Shown one piece after another: positions 29,224 to 37,503 of a stretch of DNA of 64,000 bases. Source of the DNA: an uncultured Pseudomonadota bacterium (GTDB taxonomy: Bacteria; Desulfobacterota; Syntrophorhabdia; Syntrophorhabdales; CAYQXL01); assembly GCA_964651435.1 (NCBI GenBank), contig CAZYVU010000003.1:51269-115268 (forward strand), read 5' to 3'. The notes below the pieces were generated by a model. It saw only the letters and a list, made by a program, of their open reading frames with translations, did not search any database and was not told the origin of the DNA. Every line of letters begins with the position of its first letter. Positions within the stretch are counted from its first letter, which is position 1. The translations under genes were made by a program, and so were the position numbers.

Positions 29224-29232
29224 ATTATAACA
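29224..29232 (-). promoter_or_regulatory. Extended -10 promoter upstream of the phoH operon
   Basis: Minus strand TG-T-TATAAT; GAGGAGG RBS downstream. Confidence 0.55.
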
Positions 29233-29259
29233 CAACGGGGATTTTTTTGCTTCACACCC

Positions 29260-30315
29260 TCACTTCCATATATCGGTCTGTGGTTGCGGGAGCTGGTGCG
29301 ACATGATCTGCTGGATATACCTGTTAAACCCGTCGCTACCCGCCTTCTCCAGCTTTTCTACCTCCGGGCGCAGGCGGTTCATGACCTTTTCGTCCTTGAC
29401 GACGCTCGCAGGGTAGTTCATATACGACGCCCTCCTCAGGAGGGAGTAGGCTTGCCGCTCCACCTTCGTCAGGGCAAGGTACGTATCCAGCTCTTCCAGC
29501 ATCTGATCCTTCTTCTCGTCCAGATATCCGTCGACATACATGAGAAGGTTGAGGCTGAAGTCGGCCTGAGAGAAGTAGCTGTGCATGGCGTCGAGGTTCT
29601 CGACGAGCAACCTGATCTCGGCGACGATCTCGTCATCCGTCATTGGAATGAAGGTTCCGTCTTCGACCATCTTCACCATCGGTGACATGGGGTGCATGGC
29701 AAAGGTCCTGACGCGAATGAAGTCAGGTTGTATCAGGTTAAGAAGCCGCGCCGTCTCGACGGCATGTTCTTCGCTGAGGCCCTTGCCGCCCAGGCCGGGC
29801 ATGATGTATTCGGACAGTTGAATCCCGGCCTCAACAACCCTCTTGCCGCCTTCGACGATATCCTCCGGCGTAATGCCTTTTCGTATCATTTTCAAAACTG
29901 TGGCCGAGCCGCTCTCCATCCCCACATGGATTCTGTTCAGCCCCTCCTCTTTCAACTGCTTGAGCTCCTCGACGGTCTTTCGCTTCAACGTCGTCGAGCG
30001 TGCGTAGCTTGTAATCCGTTCGATGTGGGGGAAATTTTGCCTCAGATAGGCAAGAATCTGCAGGAGCTGATCCGTCGGAACCGTCAGGCTGTCGGCATCC
30101 TGAAGGAACACTGTTTTGACCATCCGTTCGTAGCCCTTATACTCCGAGACCATGGCGTCTATATCCTTCTTGACCTCATCCACGCTCCGTCTCGAAAACT
30201 TAGTCCCTTTGTAGGCGGGACAAAATAAGCATTGGTTCCAAGGGCAGTTCCGCGTCACCCTTACGAGAAGGCTCTGGGCTTCGCTGGGCGGCCGTATGAC
30301 TCCCTGTTCGTACAT
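29260..30315 (-). CDS. Radical SAM protein, function unknown
   Basis: RPPSEAQSLL N-terminus, CPWNQCLFC, GMESGS; AAGGAG RBS before ATG 30315. Confidence 0.88.
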   Translation of the reverse strand: MYEQGVIRPPSEAQSLLVRVTRNCPWNQCLFCPAYKGTKFSRRSVDEVKKDIDAMVSEYKGYERMVKTVFLQDADSLTVPTDQLLQILAYLRQNFPHIERITSYARSTTLKRKTVEELKQLKEEGLNRIHVGMESGSATVLKMIRKGITPEDIVEGGKRVVEAGIQLSEYIMPGLGGKGLSEEHAVETARLLNLIQPDFIRVRTFAMHPMSPMVKMVEDGTFIPMTDDEIVAEIRLLVENLDAMHSYFSQADFSLNLLMYVDGYLDEKKDQMLEELDTYLALTKVERQAYSLLRRASYMNYPASVVKDEKVMNRLRPEVEKLEKAGSDGFNRYIQQIMSHQLPQPQTDIWK

Positions 30316-30444
30316 TATATTCTCCTTTCTCCGGCCCGCTTTCGGGGTCACCCTTAATATAGGCACTGAATCGCAAGACCGCAAGGCGGCGAGGCCCAAA
30401 AGGAGGCGTTGTCAAGAGGGAGACTTTCGAGTAAACTATGAGCC

Positions 30445-31689
30445 ATGAGCAAGATACTGATTATTGACGACGAAAGAGACATTCTGGATAGCCTGTCGTC
30501 GGTCCTGGAGGACGAAGGCTTTACGGTGGTGAAGGCGGCTAACGGTGTCGAGGGCCTGTCCGTGTTTGCGAGGGAGCAGCCCGACCTGGTGCTCCTCGAC
30601 GTGTGGATGCCTGAGATGGACGGCCTGGAGGTGTTGAGCCTCATCAAGAAAGAGGCCGGTCATGCGGTGGTCATTGTCATTTCCGGCCACGGAACCATCT
30701 CCACCGCTGTAGAGGCCGTCAAGATGGGCGCCTATGACTTTCTGGAGAAACCATTGCACGTCGACAAGGTGCTCGAGGTGATCAACCGCGGGCTCGCAAG
30801 GGACGTGCGGTCCCCGGAGCCCGTCGATGACTTCAAGATTGAGGCGGCAGGCGGTCCCCAGCTTTTCCGGCAGCGAACGATCCGGAAGAGCACCGTCGTG
30901 TATGGTATGGGACTCCACTCGGGGACGAAGACGGGCATGATACTGCTTCCCATGCCCGAGAATACGGGGATTGTCTTCGAACACGTGCCCGACGGGGAGC
31001 GCATCCCGGCCTACGTGGATTATGTGTACTCTGTGGGATACGCCTCATCTGTGAAAGGCAAGAACTGTGTAGTGAGGACGATCGAGCATCTTCTGGCGGC
31101 ACTCCACATGTACGGTATCACGAACCTTCTTGTGAAGGTTAGCGAAGAGGTGCCCATCTTTGACGGGTCGGCCGCTGAGATGTGCGGAAAGATCGAGGAG
31201 GCCGGCCTGACGGACCAGTCCTCAGGCATAGAGCCGGTAAGGATCGACCGCACAGTGGCGCTTCCCGGCCTTTCCGACGGACGCCATCTGTCCATCGAGC
31301 CCTGCGACAGGTTCGAGGTCGACTATACGCTCGATCACGCCAAGCCGATCGGCTTCCAGAACTACCACTTTCGGGGTGATGCCGCGGATTTTGTCCGCGA
31401 GATAGCACCTGCAAGGACCTTCGGCTTCATCAAGGACTTTGAGAGGCTTTCAAGCATGGGGCTCGCCTCGGGGGGGCGGATCAACAACGTCATTATCCTG
31501 AGCGACGAAGAGGTGGTCAATACGAAGCTCCGGTTTGCCGATGAGTTTGTGCGGCACAAGATCCTTGACGTGGTAGGCGATTTCTATCTGCTCAACAGGC
31601 CTGTGCTGGGCAAGGTTGTGGCCAGGCAGACAGGTCACCTCGAAAACATCGGGCTGATTCGGGAGCTGAAGCGGCTCTACCTCAACTGA
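30445..31689 (+). CDS. lpxC: Response-regulator receiver fused to UDP-3-O-acyl-GlcNAc deacetylase LpxC
   Basis: REC: IDDE, VLLDVWMP, SGHG, DFLEKP; LpxC: QRTI..GMGLHSG, TIEHLLAAL, PIFDGSA, APARTFGF, RHKILD, TGH. Confidence 0.92.
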   Translation: MSKILIIDDERDILDSLSSVLEDEGFTVVKAANGVEGLSVFAREQPDLVLLDVWMPEMDGLEVLSLIKKEAGHAVVIVISGHGTISTAVEAVKMGAYDFLEKPLHVDKVLEVINRGLARDVRSPEPVDDFKIEAAGGPQLFRQRTIRKSTVVYGMGLHSGTKTGMILLPMPENTGIVFEHVPDGERIPAYVDYVYSVGYASSVKGKNCVVRTIEHLLAALHMYGITNLLVKVSEEVPIFDGSAAEMCGKIEEAGLTDQSSGIEPVRIDRTVALPGLSDGRHLSIEPCDRFEVDYTLDHAKPIGFQNYHFRGDAADFVREIAPARTFGFIKDFERLSSMGLASGGRINNVIILSDEEVVNTKLRFADEFVRHKILDVVGDFYLLNRPVLGKVVARQTGHLENIGLIRELKRLYLN

Positions 31690-32183
31690 AACAGGTCGAC
31701 GACGAAGGCGGCTATCTTTTCAACGTCGTCCCTTTTGAACGTCGGTAGGGGCAGCTCGACGGGTTCATCGGTAACGATGGCCACGATGCCGGTGCGGCTT
31801 AACGCAAGGGGTTTGTCGCTTCCCTTTGCGGCGTAGACTTCAATCTTGGGTACGTCGGCGTCCTTACACCCCTCAATAAGGCAGATGTGGGCATTGACGG
31901 CGAATCTTGACACGATCTCACGCAGGTCCGGCTTGCCGGGGATGTCGGCCGTAAGGGCGATCTTGTGCGGCAGCAGCAGCATGGTGGCCACCGCCCCCGC
32001 TTTCCGGTGGCGATGGGAATCCTTGCCCGGCTTATCGATCCGCAAATCATGAGGGTGATGCTTTGCCGTGGCAACCCGGAGGCCTTTTGCCTTCAGTGCT
32101 CCGATGAGCCTCTCGACGAGGGTCGTTTTTCCCGTCTTCGAGTGGCCAATGATTCCAAGAACGGGTAAGCCGGCGTCCTGCAT
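31677..32183 (-). CDS. mobB: Molybdopterin-guanine dinucleotide biosynthesis protein B
   Basis: GHSKTGKTT, KHHPH, DKPGKDSHRH, LIEG.K..PKIEV. Confidence 0.88.
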   Translation of the reverse strand: MQDAGLPVLGIIGHSKTGKTTLVERLIGALKAKGLRVATAKHHPHDLRIDKPGKDSHRHRKAGAVATMLLLPHKIALTADIPGKPDLREIVSRFAVNAHICLIEGCKDADVPKIEVYAAKGSDKPLALSRTGIVAIVTDEPVELPLPTFKRDDVEKIAAFVVDLFQLR

Positions 32184-32186
32184 GGG

Positions 32187-32738
32187 CTATGCGTTGTAAA
32201 GGTTGAGGAAATGGAAAGCCACCAGAACGAGGGCATGGCTGATGGTGCCGTTTCTGATGAGAGACGGGATCTCATCGACGGGCACAAGCACCACATCAAT
32301 ATCCTCGTCGGGATCCAGGTTGGAGTCGGCAACCTTTACGGCGTTGTGAACGAGGTAGGTGTGGCAGAGGTTCGTGAAGATTGCAGGGTTGGGGTTCGTT
32401 GTCCCCAGGTGAAGAACCCTTTCCCCGGAAAAGCCTGTTTCTTCCAAAAGCTCCCGCAGGGCCGCTTCTTCCGAGCTTGCTTCCTCCACGATGCCCCCCG
32501 GTATTTCCAGGGTGACATCCTTGGACCCATGGCGGAACTGCCTGACCATAACCACCTTCCCGTCGTCGGTAAGGGGTATGATGTTGACCCAATCGTTGGC
32601 CTCGATGACGTAAAATGTCTCGACCCTGCTCGTCCTGGGCGAACGGGCCTTCTTCGTCCGTATCTGAAAAACGCCGTAATCCTTATCTACCCTGGAGTCG
32701 AGAAGTTCCCACTCTTTGATCATGGTTAAGGGTACCAT
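32187..32738 (-). CDS. NUDIX hydrolase (ADP-ribose pyrophosphatase-like)
   Basis: VRQFRHG, EIPGG..EEAALRELLEETG Nudix box. Confidence 0.9.
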   Translation of the reverse strand: MVPLTMIKEWELLDSRVDKDYGVFQIRTKKARSPRTSRVETFYVIEANDWVNIIPLTDDGKVVMVRQFRHGSKDVTLEIPGGIVEEASSEEAALRELLEETGFSGERVLHLGTTNPNPAIFTNLCHTYLVHNAVKVADSNLDPDEDIDVVLVPVDEIPSLIRNGTISHALVLVAFHFLNLYNA

Positions 32739-32791
32739 AGGAACCCGACGAAGAGCAACGGCTACGGATAGCCCACGCTCGCGTAAGCGGA

Positions 32792-34126
32792 CTATTTTGT
32801 AAAAAGGCCTTCGTAAGCCGCCACACCTGCCTCATAGCCCCTTTGGTTCTTTGCCCAATCTTGATGGCAGCCGTTGCAGGAGTTGGCCAGTGCGGAGCCG
32901 GGGTCTTTCTTAAATAGCGCGAGGCTTTCCGACGGCTTAATGATCCTGAAGTCGTGCGAATGGATATCCCCTGCTTCGGCGGACGAGGCTGTCCTTACCA
33001 TGTGGCAGCCTGAGCACTTTCCCGTACCCCTTGTCTCGGGCGCATAGTTATGCTTTGTGTGGGCACGGATTGCCGCGGGGCTCGCAAACCTCTTGTCTTT
33101 GCCGTGGCAGGACAGACAGAGGTTGTTGTTGTGATCGGCCCTGACGAGCTGGTTCTCCCCGGGCCCGCCATGGGCTGCATGGCAGTCCCAGCAGGCGACC
33201 TTTGCCGCGTAGTGTTTGCTTTTCAGGAGGTCATTCCACTGTTGGTGATGTTGCCGTGAATGTGCCTGCGGATCTCCCCAGACCCCCGGTTTAAATCGGT
33301 AGAAATCGGCCAGGTTGTCTCCCGGCTTGAAGGGCTTGTTTTCTTTATCATTCCAGGGAAACTCGAAGGTTCCGGCGGGAACGCTTACCCCCCGGTTGTG
33401 ACACTGACCGCAGACTTCGATTGCCCGTTCATATGCGATCTTCCTGGGATTCACAATCTTCCCCTTCGACTTGGGCGCTTTCACGTGCTCCGAACCGGGA
33501 CCGTGGCAGCGTTCACAACCCGTATTCAGCTCCACGTAAACCGATTCATAACCACCGTTAATCTTCTTAAGCTGTAAGCCCGTGTTGTGGCACCCCGCGC
33601 AGCTCATTTCAAAGGACTTGTTGGCGGCGATGGTCTTCAGGCTTCCATCGTCGTTGTACCAGTTCTGCAGATTGTAGGGTACCCAGCGGGACGTCGCCTG
33701 GTTCCACTGGATGGGGAGGATAAAGTGATTGTTTCCTATCCTTGCCTGGTACCGCTGCTTCCACCCCCACCCTCCGTAAGTCCGCACAATATCGTAGGTC
33801 ATTTCTTTGGACGGGTCTCTTGCATCAACAAGTGTGGCACGATAGGCGCCGCCGGGACCTTTCGACAGCTTGACCATCACCTCAGGGATGCTGCCGGCCT
33901 TGAGCTTCACCGTTCCCCCCCAATCGACCACAACGGTGTCGTTGGTAGGGCTTAAGACCTGCTGGGACTTGTTGTGCAGCGTATCCCTCCAATTATCGTG
34001 GATTGCCTTGTGACATTTCACGCACTGCTCGGAACCGACGACCGTCTGGGCGAGCGCAGCAACCGGCAGAAGCATCGCTGTTATACAGCAGAGGACGATT
34101 TTTGGAATAGCCACCCTTGCAGGCAT
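32792..34126 (-). CDS. Periplasmic octaheme c-type cytochrome
   Basis: Signal peptide; eight CxxCH: CVKCH, CAGCH, CERCH, CGQCH, CWDCH, CLSCH, CSGCH, CNGCH. Confidence 0.9.
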   Translation of the reverse strand: MPARVAIPKIVLCCITAMLLPVAALAQTVVGSEQCVKCHKAIHDNWRDTLHNKSQQVLSPTNDTVVVDWGGTVKLKAGSIPEVMVKLSKGPGGAYRATLVDARDPSKEMTYDIVRTYGGWGWKQRYQARIGNNHFILPIQWNQATSRWVPYNLQNWYNDDGSLKTIAANKSFEMSCAGCHNTGLQLKKINGGYESVYVELNTGCERCHGPGSEHVKAPKSKGKIVNPRKIAYERAIEVCGQCHNRGVSVPAGTFEFPWNDKENKPFKPGDNLADFYRFKPGVWGDPQAHSRQHHQQWNDLLKSKHYAAKVACWDCHAAHGGPGENQLVRADHNNNLCLSCHGKDKRFASPAAIRAHTKHNYAPETRGTGKCSGCHMVRTASSAEAGDIHSHDFRIIKPSESLALFKKDPGSALANSCNGCHQDWAKNQRGYEAGVAAYEGLFTK

Positions 34127-34173
34127 CGTAATACCTCCCCGTTATGTCGTAAGTCCGGGTGCCTTATCAGCCG

Positions 34174-34467
34174 CTACTTTCTCTTCTGTTTCATTGGAGC
34201 GCCACAGCAGATGAGGTCGCATGTCTCAACGCAACCGCATGCCGTGTCGACGCTTACAACGATACCGCAGACTTCGCAGGCGAGTCTGGCCCCTTCCTTC
34301 AACTGCTTGCTTTTCGCTCCCGCTGCCTTGGCAGGCGCCTTCTTTGGGGCTGTCGCCTTCGCCGCCTTGGGCTCGGCCGCCTTCTTTGTTGCCGGCTTCG
34401 CAGATGTTGCCTTCTTTGCAGCCGGCTTCGCAGGTGCCGGTTTTGTTGCAGCAGTCTTCGTTGCCAT
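34174..34467 (-). CDS. Lys/Ala/Pro-rich (histone H1-like) protein with C-terminal Cys-rich desulforedoxin-like domain
   Basis: PAK/AKK repeats, then CEVCG...CGC...C...CCGAPM; AGGGGG RBS; strong upstream promoter. Confidence 0.8.
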   Translation of the reverse strand: MATKTAATKPAPAKPAAKKATSAKPATKKAAEPKAAKATAPKKAPAKAAGAKSKQLKEGARLACEVCGIVVSVDTACGCVETCDLICCGAPMKQKRK

Positions 34468-34509
34468 CAATGAACCCCCTTATTAGAGTATTTTTGAGCG
34501 GTTGTTTCT

Positions 34510-34537
34510 ATTCTATGAAAATAGGCTAATCTGTCAA
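34510..34537 (-). promoter_or_regulatory. Sigma70 promoter upstream of the H1-like gene
   Basis: Minus strand TTGACA (34537-34532)-N16-TAGAAT (34515-34510). Confidence 0.65.
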
Positions 34538-34665
34538 GAGAAGTTTTTGGATTCGGCGGAATGAGGATGTACCTGGTGTATGACGGAATCGCCGGGAGAT
34601 CATCTTTCCCAACCTTTTTGCCGGCATGCCGTGACGTTAAGCCGCTGTAACGGTGGAAAGACCTG

Positions 34666-37503
34666 TTAAAGGCCGCAGAGGCAGTTAAAGGCGCAGCCGG
34701 GGCAGGCGCGGTCATCGAAGGGGGCAAAGGAAATGGCGGGGTTTCTGAGGTGCGTGAGAACGGTGGCCGCCATGGCCATAAAGTGTTTTTGAACCCCTTC
34801 CTTCTCGTCTCTCTCGATCCCTTTGAAAAGGTGCTCCTCTTTGTTTGTCTTGAGGAGGGCCAGCACGGCGTCCATGTCGGCAACAGGAACGGACGCCCGC
34901 TCCGCGTAGACCTGCACGTAGAGGGGAAGCTGCAGGCTCGGCACGCGGCAATGGATTTCTTCCATGGAGGCCGGGTCTACTTGGCGAAGCGCCTTTGAAT
35001 ACTGGGGTCCGCCGCCGGTCTTGTAGTCAATGATCGTGTGCATTCCCGTGGCGGGAACATAATCAACCCGGTCGATGCGGCCGCGAAACCGGACCTCCGG
35101 GCCAAGGGCCGGGATGGAGCCCTCCACGGGCTCTTCGAGGTGGGCTATGGTGACGGGACCATCCAGCTCATCGATATGTTTCTGGAGAAATGCTTTCAGC
35201 TTGTGCTCGGCTACTCTCCTGAAGAGATAATAGTCTCCCGTCACGATCCTGCCGTCGAAGTGCCTGTTAAGGGCTTCGTCAAGGTTCCTCAGGAGCGCCG
35301 GCCGGTCATCCTTGGCAAGCGGTCTGTTCAGGTATCCGGCAAAGGTATCGAAGAGTATGGCATGGATAATCGTCCCGCGGTCGCTGTCCTCGATGTCGCT
35401 GGAAAGAAGCTGCTCCTCTTCGAAGCGCAGCATGTGGCGATGGTAAAAAAATACAGGGCAGCGCACGTAGTCGTCTATGCTGGACGGAGAGAAGGTCTTT
35501 CCCGCCAGCGCACGGATGATGGCGGGGGTCTTGGGAAATGAAGGCGGCTCCTTTTTTGTCCTCAGGCGTATCTTCTGGGTGGACCTTTCCACCGTCACCA
35601 CATCCAGGCTGCCGAGGGACCGTTCTTTTTGCCAAATGAGCATTTCGATATAGCGGCTTCTGGGCTTGTCTTCGGCCTCCACGTAAATGAGATGGGCCTC
35701 TCTCGCCCCCGCGACGAGTCGCTGAAAGTAGTAGCGGAAGACCTCTTCATGTTCCTCGGCGGCAGGCAGGCCCAGGCTCTCGTAGACGCCCACGGGGACC
35801 AGCGGGTCGATGTGCTTTGCCGCCGGTATGACCCCCTCATTGATGTCGAGAATAAGCACGGTCTCGAAGCGGAGGCTTCTTGTTTCAAGGAGGCCCAGTA
35901 TTTCGAGGGTCTCCAGAGGAGTCGTGTCGAAGGGAACGCTGAGATGCTTCAGGTGCCTCCGAAGGAAATCCCTAAGCGCCCTTCCGTGCTCCTCATCGTT
36001 GTCGTGAAACCGTTCTGTAGCGATGCGGGATCGCTTGATGTCCTCCAGGGCTTCGATGAGGCGGGTAAAAATCTCGCCGGAGAGTACGTATGATTTGAGC
36101 TCCGTGTTAAGCATCAGGAACTCGAACGCCTCCTGCAGCCGAAGCGACAGTTCGGCCAAGTCGGACGGTCGCTCAAAGGCGCGGAAGAAGACGTGGTGAA
36201 TCTTCTTGAGGCCTTCGACGACAGCACCGTCCCTCTCGCACAGTTCGCGGCCCCTGGGCGTTCGCTTGAGCCAGGAGACCGCTGCCTCTTCCACATCGTC
36301 GACACCAAGGAAGGCTTTTCCGTAAAGGGGGCTCGACGCGTCCCGGGTCAGCCACTCCTTCACTGCTGACAGGAGGCGCCATAGCAGAGGGGTGAGCCGA
36401 GCATTCTTCACAAACGGATGAAGGATGATGCCAAGATAGTCTGGGGCGGCATAGACGGACCTCTCGGCTGTGCCGTCCTGGGCGCGGAGGAGGGCGTCCA
36501 TGAGGCTGAACAGTGAGGTGCGTGAGAGTGGATATGCGATGGAAACGTTATAGTTGTCGTGCCATCGGTCGACGGCAAAGGTGAGAAGGGGAAAGAGCGT
36601 TGCGGGCAGGGGAAGAACGACGGCGGTTCTGTTCGGCGGCGCCGTGCCCAGAATCGATGCTGCGTGAAGCGCCTCGGCATGGGTGTCGAAGCCCGAGTAG
36701 ATCCTGACCATCGTATCGCCCTTGGCCATGTTCCTGTCCAGGGGTTCCACGGGAGCACCAAGATGGCGGACAAGCTCGTTAAGGACGGGCCATTCTCCCG
36801 GATTGCCTTCCAAAATGATCTCCGCCTGTCCCACCTCCCAGAGCCTCCTGACGATCCGGCGTTCCACCTCCGTCGTGGCGAAGAGGCCCGCAAAGATAAC
36901 GGCATCGAAGTCCGGCAGCGACGGTGCGTCCAGAGCCTCCAGAGCCTTCAGGTACTTGTACCCCCGCGTGAGGCAGCGTTCCGTTTCGAGAAGCGCATGA
37001 AAGGCGCTGCGAACTGCTACGATCTGGCGCAGCAACAGGTTGACGCTCTCGGGAACATCGTATCCGATAGCCGCATTCTCTTCCACCGAAAGAAGCCTTT
37101 CCTGCGGCACGTTTTCCACGTCCACGGACTCGATGAAAGAGAGGAGGTGGCTACCCCAGGGGAAGAAGTCGCCAAAATTGTCCTTTGCAAAGAGCGACCC
37201 ACTGAGGCGTAGTGATCTGACGGCCTTGAAAAGCATCCAGACGGCATCGGGCTGATCGACATCTGAAAGGCCGGGCCAGCGGCTCGCTACAAGATGATCT
37301 ATGAATCCATCGACGGAGAAAGACGCCGGCGGGAAAAACGGCGCCTTGCGCGTTGCGGCCAGGGCTTCCTTGAGGTAAAGCCCCGGACGTTTTCCGGGAA
37401 AGATTATAGCCGTACGGTTCAGCGGAACCTCGAGGCCTTCAAGAAAGTCCCTGACGGCCTCGATGAAGTCGCACCCCATGGGAACGATACGGACAGGCTT
37501 CAT
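34666..37503 (-). CDS. addB: AddB-like PD-(D/E)xK nuclease subunit
   Basis: Degenerate helicase scaffold, SPSSIDDYVRCP, GRIDRVD, IIDYKTG, terminal CPGCAFNCLC; coupled to addA. Confidence 0.85.
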   Translation of the reverse strand: MKPVRIVPMGCDFIEAVRDFLEGLEVPLNRTAIIFPGKRPGLYLKEALAATRKAPFFPPASFSVDGFIDHLVASRWPGLSDVDQPDAVWMLFKAVRSLRLSGSLFAKDNFGDFFPWGSHLLSFIESVDVENVPQERLLSVEENAAIGYDVPESVNLLLRQIVAVRSAFHALLETERCLTRGYKYLKALEALDAPSLPDFDAVIFAGLFATTEVERRIVRRLWEVGQAEIILEGNPGEWPVLNELVRHLGAPVEPLDRNMAKGDTMVRIYSGFDTHAEALHAASILGTAPPNRTAVVLPLPATLFPLLTFAVDRWHDNYNVSIAYPLSRTSLFSLMDALLRAQDGTAERSVYAAPDYLGIILHPFVKNARLTPLLWRLLSAVKEWLTRDASSPLYGKAFLGVDDVEEAAVSWLKRTPRGRELCERDGAVVEGLKKIHHVFFRAFERPSDLAELSLRLQEAFEFLMLNTELKSYVLSGEIFTRLIEALEDIKRSRIATERFHDNDEEHGRALRDFLRRHLKHLSVPFDTTPLETLEILGLLETRSLRFETVLILDINEGVIPAAKHIDPLVPVGVYESLGLPAAEEHEEVFRYYFQRLVAGAREAHLIYVEAEDKPRSRYIEMLIWQKERSLGSLDVVTVERSTQKIRLRTKKEPPSFPKTPAIIRALAGKTFSPSSIDDYVRCPVFFYHRHMLRFEEEQLLSSDIEDSDRGTIIHAILFDTFAGYLNRPLAKDDRPALLRNLDEALNRHFDGRIVTGDYYLFRRVAEHKLKAFLQKHIDELDGPVTIAHLEEPVEGSIPALGPEVRFRGRIDRVDYVPATGMHTIIDYKTGGGPQYSKALRQVDPASMEEIHCRVPSLQLPLYVQVYAERASVPVADMDAVLALLKTNKEEHLFKGIERDEKEGVQKHFMAMAATVLTHLRNPAISFAPFDDRACPGCAFNCLCGL

